Source: Diplonema japonicum
Taxonomy: Eukaryota; Protista; Euglenozoa: Diplonemea
NCBI GenBank assembly: GCA_964019335.1
Contig: OZ025742.1
Coordinates: forward strand, 248,001 to 312,000
Direction: 5' to 3'
Length of the DNA stretch: 64,000 bases
In this document: piece by piece, positions 1 through 11,092 of the stretch
How positions within the stretch are numbered: position 1 is the first letter of the stretch
Layout: every line of letters begins with the position of its first letter
Translations under genes and position numbers: made by a program
The notes under the pieces: generated by a model
The model's input: only the letters and a program-made list of their open reading frames with translations
Databases searched by the model: none
What the model was told of the DNA's origin: nothing

Positions 1-2
1 CC

Positions 3-2114
3 ATTGATGAAAATCTTTTATATGGGTGCAACAATCTAGAAACCATCAACTTGAATGCGATGACCAATCTTTCTTCCATTGGTGATGGCTTCTTGGAAGG
101 GTGCGTAAAACTAGAAACCATCGACTTGAATGCGATGACCAATCTTTCTTCTATTGGTCATTACTTCTTGTCTGAGTGCATAAAACTAGAAACCATCAAC
201 TTGAATGCGATGACCAATCTTTCTTCCATTGGTGATGGCTTCTTGGAAGGGTGCGTAAAACTAGAAACCATCGACTTGAATGCGATGACCAATCTTTCTT
301 CTATTGGTCATTACTTCTTGTCTGAGTGCATAAAACTAGAAACCATCAACTTGAATGCGATGACCAATCTTTCTTCCATTGGTAATCGCTTCTTGTTTAG
401 GTGCGTAAAACTAGAAACCATCGACTTGAATGCGATGACCAATCTTTCTTCTATTCGTAATTACTTCTTGTCTGAGTGCATAAAACTAGAAACCATCAAC
501 TTGAATGCGATGACCAATCTTTCCTCTATTGGTGATTACTTCTTGTCTGAGTGCGAAAAACTAGAAACCATCAACTTGAATGCGATGACCAATCTTTCTT
601 CTATTGGTGATCGCTTCTTGGAAGAGTGCGTAAAACTAGAAACCATCAACTTGAATGCGATGACCAATCTTTCTTCCATTGGTAATCGCTTCTTGTTTAG
701 GTGCGTAAAACTAGAAACCATCGACTTGAATGCGATGACCAATCTTTCTTCTATTCGTAATTACTTCTTGTCTGAGTGCATAAAACTAGAAACCATCAAC
801 TTGAATGCGATGACCAATCTTTCCTCTATTGGTGATTACTTCTTGTCTGAGTGCGAAAAACTAGAAACCATCAACTTGAATGCGATGACCAATCTTTCTT
901 CCATTGGTGATCACTTCTTGTTTAGGTGCGTAAAACTAGAAACCATCAACTTGAATGCGATGACCAATCTTTCTTCTATTGGTGATTGCTTCTTGTTTGG
1001 GTGCGTAAAACTAGAAACCATCAACTTGAATGCGATGACCAATCTTTCTTCTATTGGTAATTACTTCTTGTCTGGGTGCAAAAAACTAGAAACCATCAAC
1101 TTGAATGCGATGACCAATCTTTCTTCTATTGGTGATCGCTTCTTGTTTGGGTGCAAAAAACTAGAAACCATCGACTTGAATGCGATGACCAATCTTTCTT
1201 CTATTGGTGATTGCTTCTTGTTTGGGTGCGAAAAACTAGAAACCATCAACTTGAATGCGATGACCAATCTTTCTTCTATTGGTAATTACTTCTTGTCTGG
1301 GTGCAAAAAACTAGAAACCATCAACTTGAATGCGATGACCAATCTTTCTTCTACTGGTTATGGCTTCTTGTTTAGGTGCGTAAAACTAGAAACCATCGAC
1401 TTGAATGCGATGACCAATCTTTCTTCCATTGGTGATTGCTTCTTGTCTGGGTGCGTAAAACTAGAAACCATCAACTTGAATGCGATGACCAATCTTTCTT
1501 CCATTGGTGATTGCTTCTTGTCTGGGTGCGTAAAACTAGAAACCATCAACTTGAATGCGATGACCAATCTTTCTTCCATTGGTAATCGCTTCTTGTTTAG
1601 GTGCGTAAAACTAGAAACCATCAACTTGAATGCGATGACCAATCTTTCTTCCATTGGTGATCGCTTCTTGTTAGGGTGCGTAAAACTAGAAACCATCAAC
1701 TTGAATGCGATGACCAATCTTTCTTCTATTGGTGATTACTTCTTGGAGGGGTGCAAAAAACTAGAAACCATCGACTTGAATGCGATGACCAATCTTTCTT
1801 CCATTGGTAATCGCTTCTTGTTTAGGTGCGTAAAACTAGAAACCATCGACTTGAATGCGATGACCAATCTTTCTTCCATTGGTCATTGCTTCTTGTTAGG
1901 GTGCGAAAAACTAGAAACCATCAACTTGAATGCGATGACCAATCTTTCTTCCATTGGTGATCGCTTCTTGTTTGGGTGCGAAAAACTAGAAACCATCGAC
2001 TTGAATACGTTGACCAATCTTTCTTCCATTGGTGATGGCTTCTTGTCTGGGTGCGTAAAACTAGAATCTGTCGACTTGAATTTAAAAAGAAAAAAAAGAA
2101 AAGTCGGTGTTTAG
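3..2114 (+). CDS. Ubl-LRR array gene 1 (5' part outside window); 27 x 25-aa BspA/TpLRR-like modules
   Basis: Window opens in the cap LRR (IDENLLYGCNNLETINL) shared with the paralogs. 27 NAMTNLSSIGxxFLxxCxKLETI[D/N]L units follow, ending in the tail NLKRKKRKVGV. Confidence 0.9.
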   Translation: MDENLLYGCNNLETINLNAMTNLSSIGDGFLEGCVKLETIDLNAMTNLSSIGHYFLSECIKLETINLNAMTNLSSIGDGFLEGCVKLETIDLNAMTNLSSIGHYFLSECIKLETINLNAMTNLSSIGNRFLFRCVKLETIDLNAMTNLSSIRNYFLSECIKLETINLNAMTNLSSIGDYFLSECEKLETINLNAMTNLSSIGDRFLEECVKLETINLNAMTNLSSIGNRFLFRCVKLETIDLNAMTNLSSIRNYFLSECIKLETINLNAMTNLSSIGDYFLSECEKLETINLNAMTNLSSIGDHFLFRCVKLETINLNAMTNLSSIGDCFLFGCVKLETINLNAMTNLSSIGNYFLSGCKKLETINLNAMTNLSSIGDRFLFGCKKLETIDLNAMTNLSSIGDCFLFGCEKLETINLNAMTNLSSIGNYFLSGCKKLETINLNAMTNLSSTGYGFLFRCVKLETIDLNAMTNLSSIGDCFLSGCVKLETINLNAMTNLSSIGDCFLSGCVKLETINLNAMTNLSSIGNRFLFRCVKLETINLNAMTNLSSIGDRFLLGCVKLETINLNAMTNLSSIGDYFLEGCKKLETIDLNAMTNLSSIGNRFLFRCVKLETIDLNAMTNLSSIGHCFLLGCEKLETINLNAMTNLSSIGDRFLFGCEKLETIDLNTLTNLSSIGDGFLSGCVKLESVDLNLKRKKRKVGV

Positions 2115-2494
2115 AAGAAGAAGAAAAAAAGAGGGGAAAGAAAGAAGAAAAAAGAACACCCTGGCACTGAGAAACATCTTTGTGGAAAAACCAACGGAAA
2201 GCAATCCAATACCACGAAGACACCGGGGACCTGCTCCCCTCCGCAACAACTCCACAACAACCATCTAACCTGCTGAAGTAGCATGCCGATCAGAAGGCGG
2301 CTGAGGCACTTGTCATTTAATCAGAATCCCGAGATCCCATCCCTGATCCCCAAATAGAGAGTGTACCATCCTGTTTCTCGAGGAAACAGAGAACCTACCC
2401 CCTCCCCACCACAGCACCCGACCAATCAGATGCAGCAGTGTGAAAAAAAAAAAAAGCCCCCCTCTCCCCAAACAAAACAAACAAACAAACATTT

Positions 2495-2550
2495 CCCCAC
2501 CCCCGATAACGTATAATTAAGAAAAGTATGGGGGGGAAAGGATACTGAGG
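2495..2550 (+). repeat. ~55-95-bp dispersed motif CCACCCCCGATAACGTATAATTAAG...GGATACTGAGG, 10 copies in LRR 3' flanks
   Basis: Copies near 2495, 2665, 9062, 20151, 20321, 26363, 34965, 40868, 41038 and 41791; absent from the equivalent site at ~15220. Confidence 0.85.
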
Positions 2551-3442
2551 TGCGGCACCCTTAGTAGCCAAAAAAAAAAAGAAAGTGTAAAGTGTTAAAC
2601 AGCCAGCAAAGCTTGTGGAAAGAGAACACCAAGAAAAAAAAAGAGAGAGAAAAAAAGACCAGGACCACCCCCGATAACGTATAATTAAGAATAAAAATTG
2701 TGGGGGGGGAAGGATACTGAGGTCTGGCACCAGCGGATGAGGATGCGGGAAAGGGGGTTGCACTGCTTTCCCTGCCAAAGCTAGTCGAGGGTGCACACCT
2801 TGCGACATATGGGGCCCGACGGCACATGGTGACGACAGGAGACCACTTTTCTCCTCGAGCCAAACAGCCCCTTACCTTGCATGACTCCATGTAATGTTCC
2901 TCGCCCAGATGCCGTCCATCTCATCACGACAAACAGCCACCGCAGGCACCAGACAGCAACCGCAGTACGGTGACCGATTAGTGTGGATTTCTACTTGAAC
3001 AGTGAACACTCCCCTATGTGCACTGAAGCTTTATCGATTTTTTTAATTTTTTTTATTTGCTTCCAAGCTTTCTCTTGAAACTTTTGATTGTTACCTCAAG
3101 TTAGTTACCGTTCTTACTGAGCGCCGTTTGACTTTGTCACCTTGATGTTAAAAGATCGACCTTTTTTTTTCTTCTTCTTTTTTTATTTTTTATTTTCTTC
3201 TGATGACCGTGGTGGTCGAGCTTTCTTTACCTCTCCACTTTCGGGGCGAAGTTTAACAAGGGTGACCGCTGTGTCACATTCCGCATGGCACCACTAAAAT
3301 CGAGTCCCCCCTCCCCCTTCTTTTTTCCAGTGTGTCTTCTCTTTTTGTTGTTCTTCTTTCACAAGCATTATTATTGTGCGCCTGTGGTGTGGGTTTACCT
3401 TCAACACGAATACAGGGGGTGGGGGAAGAAGAAGAAAAAAAA

Positions 3443-4321
3443 ATGGCGCCGGTGGGAGCATCAACGCCAACACAGTGCAAGTACCTGCCGATTTGGCATC
3501 AGAGGATAATGGAAGAGTCGGAGCTAAGCCGGGAGAAGAAGAACAAAATGCTCATATTTTTCAAGGGGCTGTTGGTGGCTCTCCTGCGGTGCAAACCGCG
3601 CAACCCCATCAGCTTCTGTGAGAAGTACGTTGAAGAAAAAGTAGAAGGCGACGAACTAGAAACCAGCCTGTGCAGAAGCTGGAGGGGAGACTTCAACACC
3701 TACGACTTCACCAGAGACACCTCAGACGTGTTCCAAGTAAATAACCGAGATGTCTATGGGGAGTACGAGACTATTAGAAAAACCCTCGACTTCAACTACC
3801 ACGGTAACTACTCAAAAACCCGACAAGCAGTCCAAGACATAGCGGTCTCCGACGTTGTCCTGGGCGGTGAACTCAAATCCGAACCCTGGCTCGTCTACAC
3901 AGCAGGAGCAATGGGGGCTGGGAAGTCCCATGTTATCAGGTGGATGTCCGACCACGGGTATTTCCCACTACCGGACATCGTTCAAATAGACCCCGATCGG
4001 TTCAAAGAAATGCTCCCAGAATGGCAGGGCTACGTGGAGCATGACCCCATGCAAGCTGGGGGTAGAATGCGCAAGGAATCCGGGTATCTAGTTGAAATCG
4101 CACAGCACAAGGCAATGGACATGGGCAAGAACGTGTGGGTGGACGGGTCCCTGCCCAGAGCACTGGCTAGGGTTGAGCTGCACACCGCATGCATTAAGGA
4201 CACAACGTGGAACGCAAACGCGGCCGAGGTGCACCCTGTCACTGGTCTCCTTTACCTCTTTTATTGTTGCGTGGTTTATTTTGTCTTGAAACTACATTTC
4301 GCGTTAAAATTTTTGTTTTAA
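3443..4321 (+). pseudogene. Truncated copy of the zeta-toxin-like gene (breaks at VDGSL, 4153), reading into piggyBac-flank sequence
   Basis: Identical to 42227 onward up to 4153, then cccagagc... foreign sequence. Confidence 0.85.
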
Positions 4322-5702
4322 TTGAAACCGGCAGGGTTGGCTTAAAATGAAATCAGATGGTCAAAATAGCAGCGAAAACGTGAGTCTCCCCCGACTGGTC
4401 AGATAAAGAGGAAAAAGACGATGAGGCGGTCAAAGAGGGGCCGGAAACGATGCTTGGGTGGGAGAAATACTCCCAAAGGCCTGAAACATATCATTTCCGT
4501 GAAAAGGTGGGCTTAGGACACCTCTAGGTGAAGCGGCCAATGAGGAGGGTGTTTTTAATCTTTTTTTGTTACACACGCTCATAGTTTCTTCCACGAACGG
4601 TCGTTTCGGTTCAAAAAAACAGCGGAATCTGAATCTTTCCATCCCAGAGTACAAAATTTGGCTTGGGTTGGTCCTGTTAATGGGTTTACACCCGGCACCG
4701 AATATGAAAAGCTACTGGGCAACAGATTCTATTTTAGCCATCCCGGCTTTTGAGAAAATGAGCAAACCGATTCGTTGACATACAGCGCTACCTCACCTTT
4801 GACAACCTGGAAAACATCAGTAAGGCTTGAAACTGCGCCTCATGCACAGGTTTCTTGACATCATTGTCAACCGGTGTAGGACTGTGCGGACCCCTGGCAA
4901 GTGGTTGTCTGTTGACGACAGTGTTATCCCGACAACAATAAAAGTCATGGCACCACGAAAAAAAAACAACTCGGTGGGCATCAAGGTAATCGCTACATGC
5001 GACTCATAAAACGGTTACCTGGCGAATTTCAACATTTTCAGCAAGAAGTCCACAACACAGGACCTAGTCATGCATACTGTCGACTCCTATGGGTTTGCTG
5101 TCGACCCCTGACCGGCAAGACCAGCTCCAGGGGACTGGAGTTTGGCATATGAAAACCCGGAAGTAGTCGTTATTTATTGGGTTCTGGAAAGCTGTGTTGC
5201 CAACTCCTCCATAATCTGGAAGAAGAGCAGGGAATGTGGCAAAAATTATGGCTTCCCGAGCTTCAAAGAAGAACTTGTTGGCAAGCTTCTCACCCATGCC
5301 AGGTGCAAACGTGGTGCCCCTGTTGCAACCCCCCCTTATGCAAAACGTGTTTTTTACCCTTGCATGCTACCCCAGCTGGAAAAAAAACTCACAAGTTGCT
5401 TTTTTCATCCCACAGCCCCAAAAAGTCTCCAGACTGACCTCAATCCTAGAGTTCAGGGCACCAAATAGGGCTGAATGCTGCCTTTTTTAGCCCAGCCATA
5501 ACTCCACGGACCCCCCACGACAAGACCCCCCAAAATCGGACATAAAAAGTACACCCTCAACCCCCCTCTTACACACATAGTTAAGTGTTCTCATCTGAAT
5601 CTGGCACCTGGAATTGAAAATTTTAGTACCGTTTACCCTTTCCTTGCACCTTCCTATGGTTGCATGCTGCCCTTTTTTTTGAGTATTTAAAGCAACAACG
5701 AA
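4154..5702 (+). mobile_element. Degenerate piggyBac-family element fragment
   Basis: Frameshifted transposase motifs WLGLVLLMGL...SYWATD, PGKWLSVDDSVIP, GIKVIATCDS and IYWVLESCVANS; both ends truncated. Confidence 0.85.
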
Positions 5703-6110
5703 TGTGTCCTACCATCGCAGCACCCACCTTCTCACGGAGGTGATGCCGTTGATCGGCGATCTCATCTACGGCAACAACGGGCGGAGGTGGGCCGCCTGAG
5801 GCACAGGTTGTTCTTCTCACACCACCCGCGCGCCCACTCGTAGCCCAGGTCGTCGTCCGTGAGCTGCTGGCAGGAGATTGCAAGCCCTTGGGCGAGGCTT
5901 GAAACCCTGCGGTAGCTCAACGGGGCGCCGGCCTGTATCTGCTCCTTCACTGTTTCCCGCGGAGCAGCCTGTCTGTCTCACTTCTGAGGGTGGGCGGGCG
6001 ACCGGCCGTTCTTTTCGGTGCAGACTCTTCCTCCCACCCCCACCATGGGCTATCTCGCGGGATCGCTTGTGTAGCTTAGCTGCGACATCCTGTTTCGCCT
6101 GGTCAGCAAC
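5703..6110 (-). mobile_element. pogo/Tc5-like transposase fragment (CENP-B-type HTH); copies at 23603-24010 and 31832-32234
   Basis: QIQAGAPLSYRRVSSLAQ...GYEWARGWCEKNNLCLRRPT resembles the HTH_Tnp_Tc5 pattern. Confidence 0.6.
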
Positions 6111-6196
6111 CGGCAGCCTTCGAGACAAAGCACACAGGGAAAATACATTAGAAAAAAAGAAAAAGAAAGAAAAAAAAAAAACAATATTAAAAGAAC

Positions 6197-8686
6197 ATGA
6201 ATGGAAAGAGAGAGGGATCAGGTGAAGAGGTGAACGATATGACAGTGTTCGTGAAGACGGGAGGCGGGGTTCACGATGTGGAAGTGTCGGGGAAGGAGAC
6301 GGTGGGGATCCTGTACAAGAAGGCGGGGTGTGCTGCTGGTTTACTCGAAGGCAAGTTCGAACTGGTTTGGGAGGGAGAGGTCCTGGACAAGAACGGGGGT
6401 GAAGATATCCAGGAACTCGGGCTCGTGGAGGGCAGCGTGGTCCATGTGGAGGCGAAGATGAGAACCGTTCAGTTGGAGGAGCTTGAGAGCTCAGAAGTGG
6501 TTTCAGAGCTTGAGGAGCTTGTGACAGCTGACCCTGAGCTGGTTCTGGTGGTGGAGGTGGGGAACTCGCCAGCTGTCGAAGTCTTGTCCATGAAGACGAC
6601 GGTCCTTCCTTCCGGACTTCGGTTCCTCGTTGTCACCGACTCCACAGGCTGTGTTACAAGGATAGGCTCTTGGTTTCTTGAAGAGTGCGACCACCTGACG
6701 TCTGTTGATCTCATCCTCCCCAATGTTTCCACCATTGATGAAAATCTTTTATATGGGTGCAACAATCTAGAAACCATCAACTTGAATGCGATGACCAATC
6801 TTTCTTCCATTGGTGATGGCTTCTTGGAAGGGTGCGTAAAACTAGAAACCATCGACTTGAATGCGATGACCAATCTTTCTTCTATTGGTGATTACTTCTT
6901 GTCTGAGTGCATAAAACTAGAAACCATCAACTTGAATGCGATGACCAATCTTTCTTCTATTGGTCATTACTTCTTGTCTGGGTGCGAAAAACTAGAAACC
7001 ATCGACTTGAATGCGATGACCAATCTTTCTTCCATTGGTAATCGCTTCTTGTTTGGGTGCGAAAAACTAGAAACCATCGACTTGAATGCGATGACCAATC
7101 TTTCTTCCATTGGTAATCGCTTCTTGTTTGGGTGCGAAAAACTAGAAACCATCGACTTGAATGCGATGACCAATCTTTCTTCCATTGGTGATCGCTTCTT
7201 GTTTAGGTGCGTAAAACTAGAAACCATCAACTTGAATGCGATGACCAATCTTTCTTCTATTGGTCATTACTTCTTGTCTGGGTGCGAAAAACTAGAAACC
7301 ATCGACTTGAATGCGATGACCAATCTTTCTTCCATTGGTAATCGCTTCTTGTCTGGGTGCGTAAAACTAGAAACCATCGACTTGAATGCGATGACCAATC
7401 TTTCTTCCATTGGTAATCGCTTCTTGTTTAGGTGCGTAAAACTAGAAACCATCAACTTGAATGCGATGACCAATCTTTCTTCTATTGGTCATTACTTCTT
7501 GTCTGGGTGCGAAAAACTAGAAACCATCGACTTGAATGCGATGACCAATCTTTCTTCCATTGGTGATCGCTTCTTGTTTAGGTGCGTAAAACTAGAAACC
7601 ATCAACTTGAATGCGATGACCAATCTTTCTTCTATTGGTGATGACTTCTTGTTTGGGTGCGTAAAACTAGAAACCATCGACTTGAATGCGATGACCAATC
7701 TTTCTTCTATTGGTCATTACTTCTTGTCTGGGTGCGAAAAACTAGAAACCATCGACTTGAATGCGATGACCAATCTTTCTTCTATTGGTGATGGCTTCTT
7801 GGAAGGGTGCGTAAAACTAGAAACCATCAACTTGAATGCGATGACCAATCTTTCTTCCATTGGTAATCGCTTCTTGTTAGGGTGCGAAAAACTAGAAACC
7901 ATCAACTTGAATGCGATGACCAATCTTTCTTCCATTGGTCATTGCTTCTTGTTTGGGTGCGTAAAACTAGAAACCATCGACTTGAATGCGATGACCAATC
8001 TTTCTTCTATTGGTCATTACTTCTTGTCTGGGTGCGAAAAACTAGAAACCATCGACTTGAATGCGATGACCAATCTTTCTTCTATTGGTGATGGCTTCTT
8101 GGAAGGGTGCGTAAAACTAGAAACCATCGACTTGAATGCGATGACCAATCTTTCTTCCATTGGTTATCGCTTCTTGTTTAGGTGCGTAAAACTAGAAACC
8201 ATCAACTTGAATGCGATGACCAATCTTTCTTACATTGGTGATCGCTTCTTGTTTAGGTGCGTAAAACTAGAAACCATCAACTTGAATGCGATGACCAATC
8301 TTTCTTCCATTGGTGATTGCTTCTTGTCTGAGTGCGTAAAACTAGAAACCATCAACTTGAATGCGATGACCAATCTTTCTTCTATTGGTGATTACTTCTT
8401 GGAGGGGTGCGTAAAACTAGAAACCATCGACTTGAATGCGATGACCAATCTTTCTTCCATTGGTGATCGCTTCTTGGAAGGGTGCGTAAAACTAGAAACC
8501 ATCAACTTGAATGCGATGACCAATCTTTCTTCCATTGGTGATCGCTTCTTGTTTGGGTGCGAAAAACTAGAAACCATCGACTTGAATACGTTGACCAATC
8601 TTTCTTCCATTGGTGATGGCTTCTTGTCTGGGTGCGTAAAACTAGAATCTGTCGACTTGAATTTAAAAAGAAAAGTCGGTGTTTAG
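6197..8686 (+). CDS. Ubl-LRR array gene 2, 829 aa, 25 modules
   Basis: N-terminal MTVFVKTGGGVHDVEV...ELVWEGEVLD...IQELGLVEGSVVHV aligns by eye with ubiquitin (MQIFVKT...LIFAGKQLED...LSDYNIQKESTLHL). Length = 196-aa N-region + 25x25 aa + 8-aa tail. No signal peptide or TM helix. Confidence 0.92.
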   Translation: MNGKREGSGEEVNDMTVFVKTGGGVHDVEVSGKETVGILYKKAGCAAGLLEGKFELVWEGEVLDKNGGEDIQELGLVEGSVVHVEAKMRTVQLEELESSEVVSELEELVTADPELVLVVEVGNSPAVEVLSMKTTVLPSGLRFLVVTDSTGCVTRIGSWFLEECDHLTSVDLILPNVSTIDENLLYGCNNLETINLNAMTNLSSIGDGFLEGCVKLETIDLNAMTNLSSIGDYFLSECIKLETINLNAMTNLSSIGHYFLSGCEKLETIDLNAMTNLSSIGNRFLFGCEKLETIDLNAMTNLSSIGNRFLFGCEKLETIDLNAMTNLSSIGDRFLFRCVKLETINLNAMTNLSSIGHYFLSGCEKLETIDLNAMTNLSSIGNRFLSGCVKLETIDLNAMTNLSSIGNRFLFRCVKLETINLNAMTNLSSIGHYFLSGCEKLETIDLNAMTNLSSIGDRFLFRCVKLETINLNAMTNLSSIGDDFLFGCVKLETIDLNAMTNLSSIGHYFLSGCEKLETIDLNAMTNLSSIGDGFLEGCVKLETINLNAMTNLSSIGNRFLLGCEKLETINLNAMTNLSSIGHCFLFGCVKLETIDLNAMTNLSSIGHYFLSGCEKLETIDLNAMTNLSSIGDGFLEGCVKLETIDLNAMTNLSSIGYRFLFRCVKLETINLNAMTNLSYIGDRFLFRCVKLETINLNAMTNLSSIGDCFLSECVKLETINLNAMTNLSSIGDYFLEGCVKLETIDLNAMTNLSSIGDRFLEGCVKLETINLNAMTNLSSIGDRFLFGCEKLETIDLNTLTNLSSIGDGFLSGCVKLESVDLNLKRKVGV

Positions 8687-9555
8687 AAGAAGAAGAAAAA
8701 AAGAGGGGAAAGAAAGAAGAAAAAAGAGCACCCTGGCACTGAGAAACATCTTTGTGGAAAAACCAACGGAAAGCAATCCAATACCACGAAGACACCGGGG
8801 ACCTGCTCCCCTCCGCAACAACTCCACAACAACCATCTAACCTGCTGAAGTAGCATGCCGATCAGAAGGCGGCTGAGGCACTTGTCATTTAATCAGAATC
8901 CCGAGATCCCATCCCTGATCCCCAAATAGAGAGTGTACCATCCTGTTTCTCGAGGAAACAGAGAACCTACCCCCTCCCCACCACAGCACCCGACCAATCA
9001 GATGCAGCAGTGTGAAAAAAAAAAAAGCCCCCCTCTCCCCAAACAAAACAAACAAACATTTCCCCACCCCCGATAACGTATAATTAAGAAAAAATATGGG
9101 GGGGAAAGGATACTGAGGTGCGGCACCCTTAGTAGCCAAAAAAAAAAAAGTGTAAAGTGTTAAACAGCCAGCAAAGCTTGTGGAAAGAGAACACCAAGAA
9201 AAAAAAAGAGAGAAAAAAAGACCAGGACACCCCCTCCCCGGTCGTGAGAGGCCTATGGGTGTGGCACACCATGTCTGAAACGTTTAGCTCCCTTGAAGCT
9301 CACACCAGTGTGCGAGTTTGGCCCATTTTATTTTGGCACGTTGGCGATGGCTGTGGTGGTCGTCGCAAGAGCGCCTGCAGGAAGTATTGGACGATAACAG
9401 TTAATGGGTTTCGTTTTTCTTCTTTTTTTCTTCTTTTTCTTCTTAGTTTATCACCGTTCTTACTGAGCGCCATTTGACTTGTCACCTTGATGTTAAAAGA
9501 TCGACCCTTTTTTTTTTTTTTTTTTTATTGCAGGCCGTTGCTAACCACTTCGTTC

Positions 9556-9769
9556 TGTTATTTTCATTATTCTTTCCGGCGATAGACTGATACGGGCCAT
9601 GGAAGCAACCTCTGCTTAATTCCTGGTACGTGGGAGGCTCCTCTTGAGGATGTCAGTCACCTTTTCCCCTTTTTTATTCGACTCTCTGTTTTCGTATGCA
9701 GTATTTATTCTTTTCCACCCCTTTTTATCTATTTTTTCGCTTCTCTATTCTAACTTAAAATCATTTCAG
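9556..9769 (+). mobile_element. 214-bp 5'-truncated copy of the same element with a 14-bp TSD (duplicate at 35460-35673; partial at 15739-15828)
   Basis: Direct repeat TAACCACTTCGTTC at 9542-9555 and 9770-9783; the body matches 31619-31831. Confidence 0.8.
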
Positions 9770-10260
9770 TAACCACTTCGTTCCGAATTTTTTTTCTTTC
9801 AAAAATGAAAAAATAAAGTGCTTTATTTTCCCTTGGGAAATATGGAAAACTTTATTACCCCACTCTCGTCACCAGGTGGTGGGGATAACATGGAAAGATA
9901 AAGAAGTACATCAGATGTGTTGTTCGCTGTTGACCTCCATGTTGGTCATCACCGGTAGCGCCCAAGTGGAAGAAGCGGGTTTGCAGCAAACTACACGGGC
10001 TCAGAATCTTGGTTACCCGGGGCGCCCCGGCTGGGGTTGAGCTGCACACCGCACGCATTAAGGACACGACGCAGAACGCAGAAGAAGCTACAGCTAGGCT
10101 GAGGTGCGCCCCCTGTAATCAAGTGCTTGTGCAGGGTGCCCCCACCGGCTTCCTTTAAATCATCGAGTTTATTTTTCCCGGCTCTAGCCAAAATTCCTTT
10201 AGAGGGAATCCAGAAAATAAATAAAAAAAAAAAGAAGAAAAAAAAAAAAAAAAAAAAAAA

Positions 10261-11092
10261 CAATTGTTTGACAAACGACAACAAGCGCATCGTGGTAAAG
10301 ATGATAGAATGCGACACAGAAATTCAAATAGAGAGTGCGATTAGAGAGCTGCACAATCTGTGCTTCTTCACCTTCGAGGCCCCCCACAACCACATCATTC
10401 CCTTTGTGGACACATGGTTTGCAAACAATTCACTTTTCGTCTCGCTTCCTCGGTTCGAATTCCCGCTGGACGTCGTTTTAGAAAAAAAAATTGAAAAACC
10501 ACTGGCGTGTATTCCAGGGAAAATAAGAGAAGATCTCACAGTACAACTCCTGGCGGCGGTTATCCACCTCCATCAGCTGGGAATTGTACACCGTGACTTA
10601 AAACCGAGCAACGTTGTTGTGAACAAGGATTTATCAGAATTGTGCGTAATCGACTTGGGGAGCTTGAGAAAACCTAGCGTTGCAGGTGAACAAGGCCCGC
10701 CGTTAACTCCCGCGAAAAATTGTATGACAGAGGGGTACTTCCCTCCTGAAACACTTGTTGGCGTTGAAAAATCTTATGGCAGGGAAGCTGACAACTTTGC
10801 TGTCGGGCTGACTCTTGCATCAATGATAACTGGGGGTGAAATATTTGAAGACAACGAGAAGGTTGAGGACAAGCTTGACTCGCTGAAGCTGGAAAAGAAA
10901 CGGAGAGCTTTTGTTCAATCCCTGTTCCGCGGCATCAGAGGTATTCCCGACAGGGAGATTGACTGCATAACTAGTCTCCTTGCAGCTCACCCGGCGGCTC
11001 GAGCTACATCTGTTCAAGTTTTTAGAAAACTCACGGGGTCAGACACCCCACCCCCACCCTTTTTTACCCATTTTTTCGCTTCTCTATTCTGA
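10261..11092 (+). pseudogene. 5'-truncated CMGC/MAPK-like Ser/Thr kinase
   Basis: IVVK, RE, HRDLKPSN, DLG, YFPPE and DNFAVG are present. The Gly-rich loop is replaced by an A-tract and the first ATG lies after the catalytic Lys. The C-terminus is interrupted by a 50-bp insertion. Confidence 0.8.

Larger units (their letters stand above)
2115..6196. repeat. Spacer block A (copy 1), segmental duplicate of 19773-24096
   Basis: ORF-track translations are identical at a constant offset of 17900 from 4154 onward. Differs mainly by homopolymer lengths and a 243-bp deletion in the zeta fragment. Confidence 0.95.

Noticed and set aside
51-2080. CRISPR-like appearance (constant ~44 nt plus variable ~31 nt, period 75)
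   Set aside because: The variable parts are homologous to each other, the period is exactly 25 codons in an open frame, there are no cas genes and the context is eukaryotic.
2505-2521. GATAACGTATAATTAAG resembles half of a loxP/dif site
   Set aside because: No second inverted arm and no recombinase gene; the similarity is short and AT-rich.
3198-3225. CTGATGA...GAG as a hammerhead ribozyme or C/D snoRNA box (also at 31570)
   Set aside because: No GAAA core with a valid stem II and no suitably placed D box.
6782-8660. Diversity-generating retroelement, suggested by the NAT and NNC variable codons
   Set aside because: No reverse transcriptase or template repeat in the window. Many adenines in AAY codons are invariant, and x3/x4 variation is not adenine-centred. 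A trans-acting mechanism cannot be excluded from this window alone.
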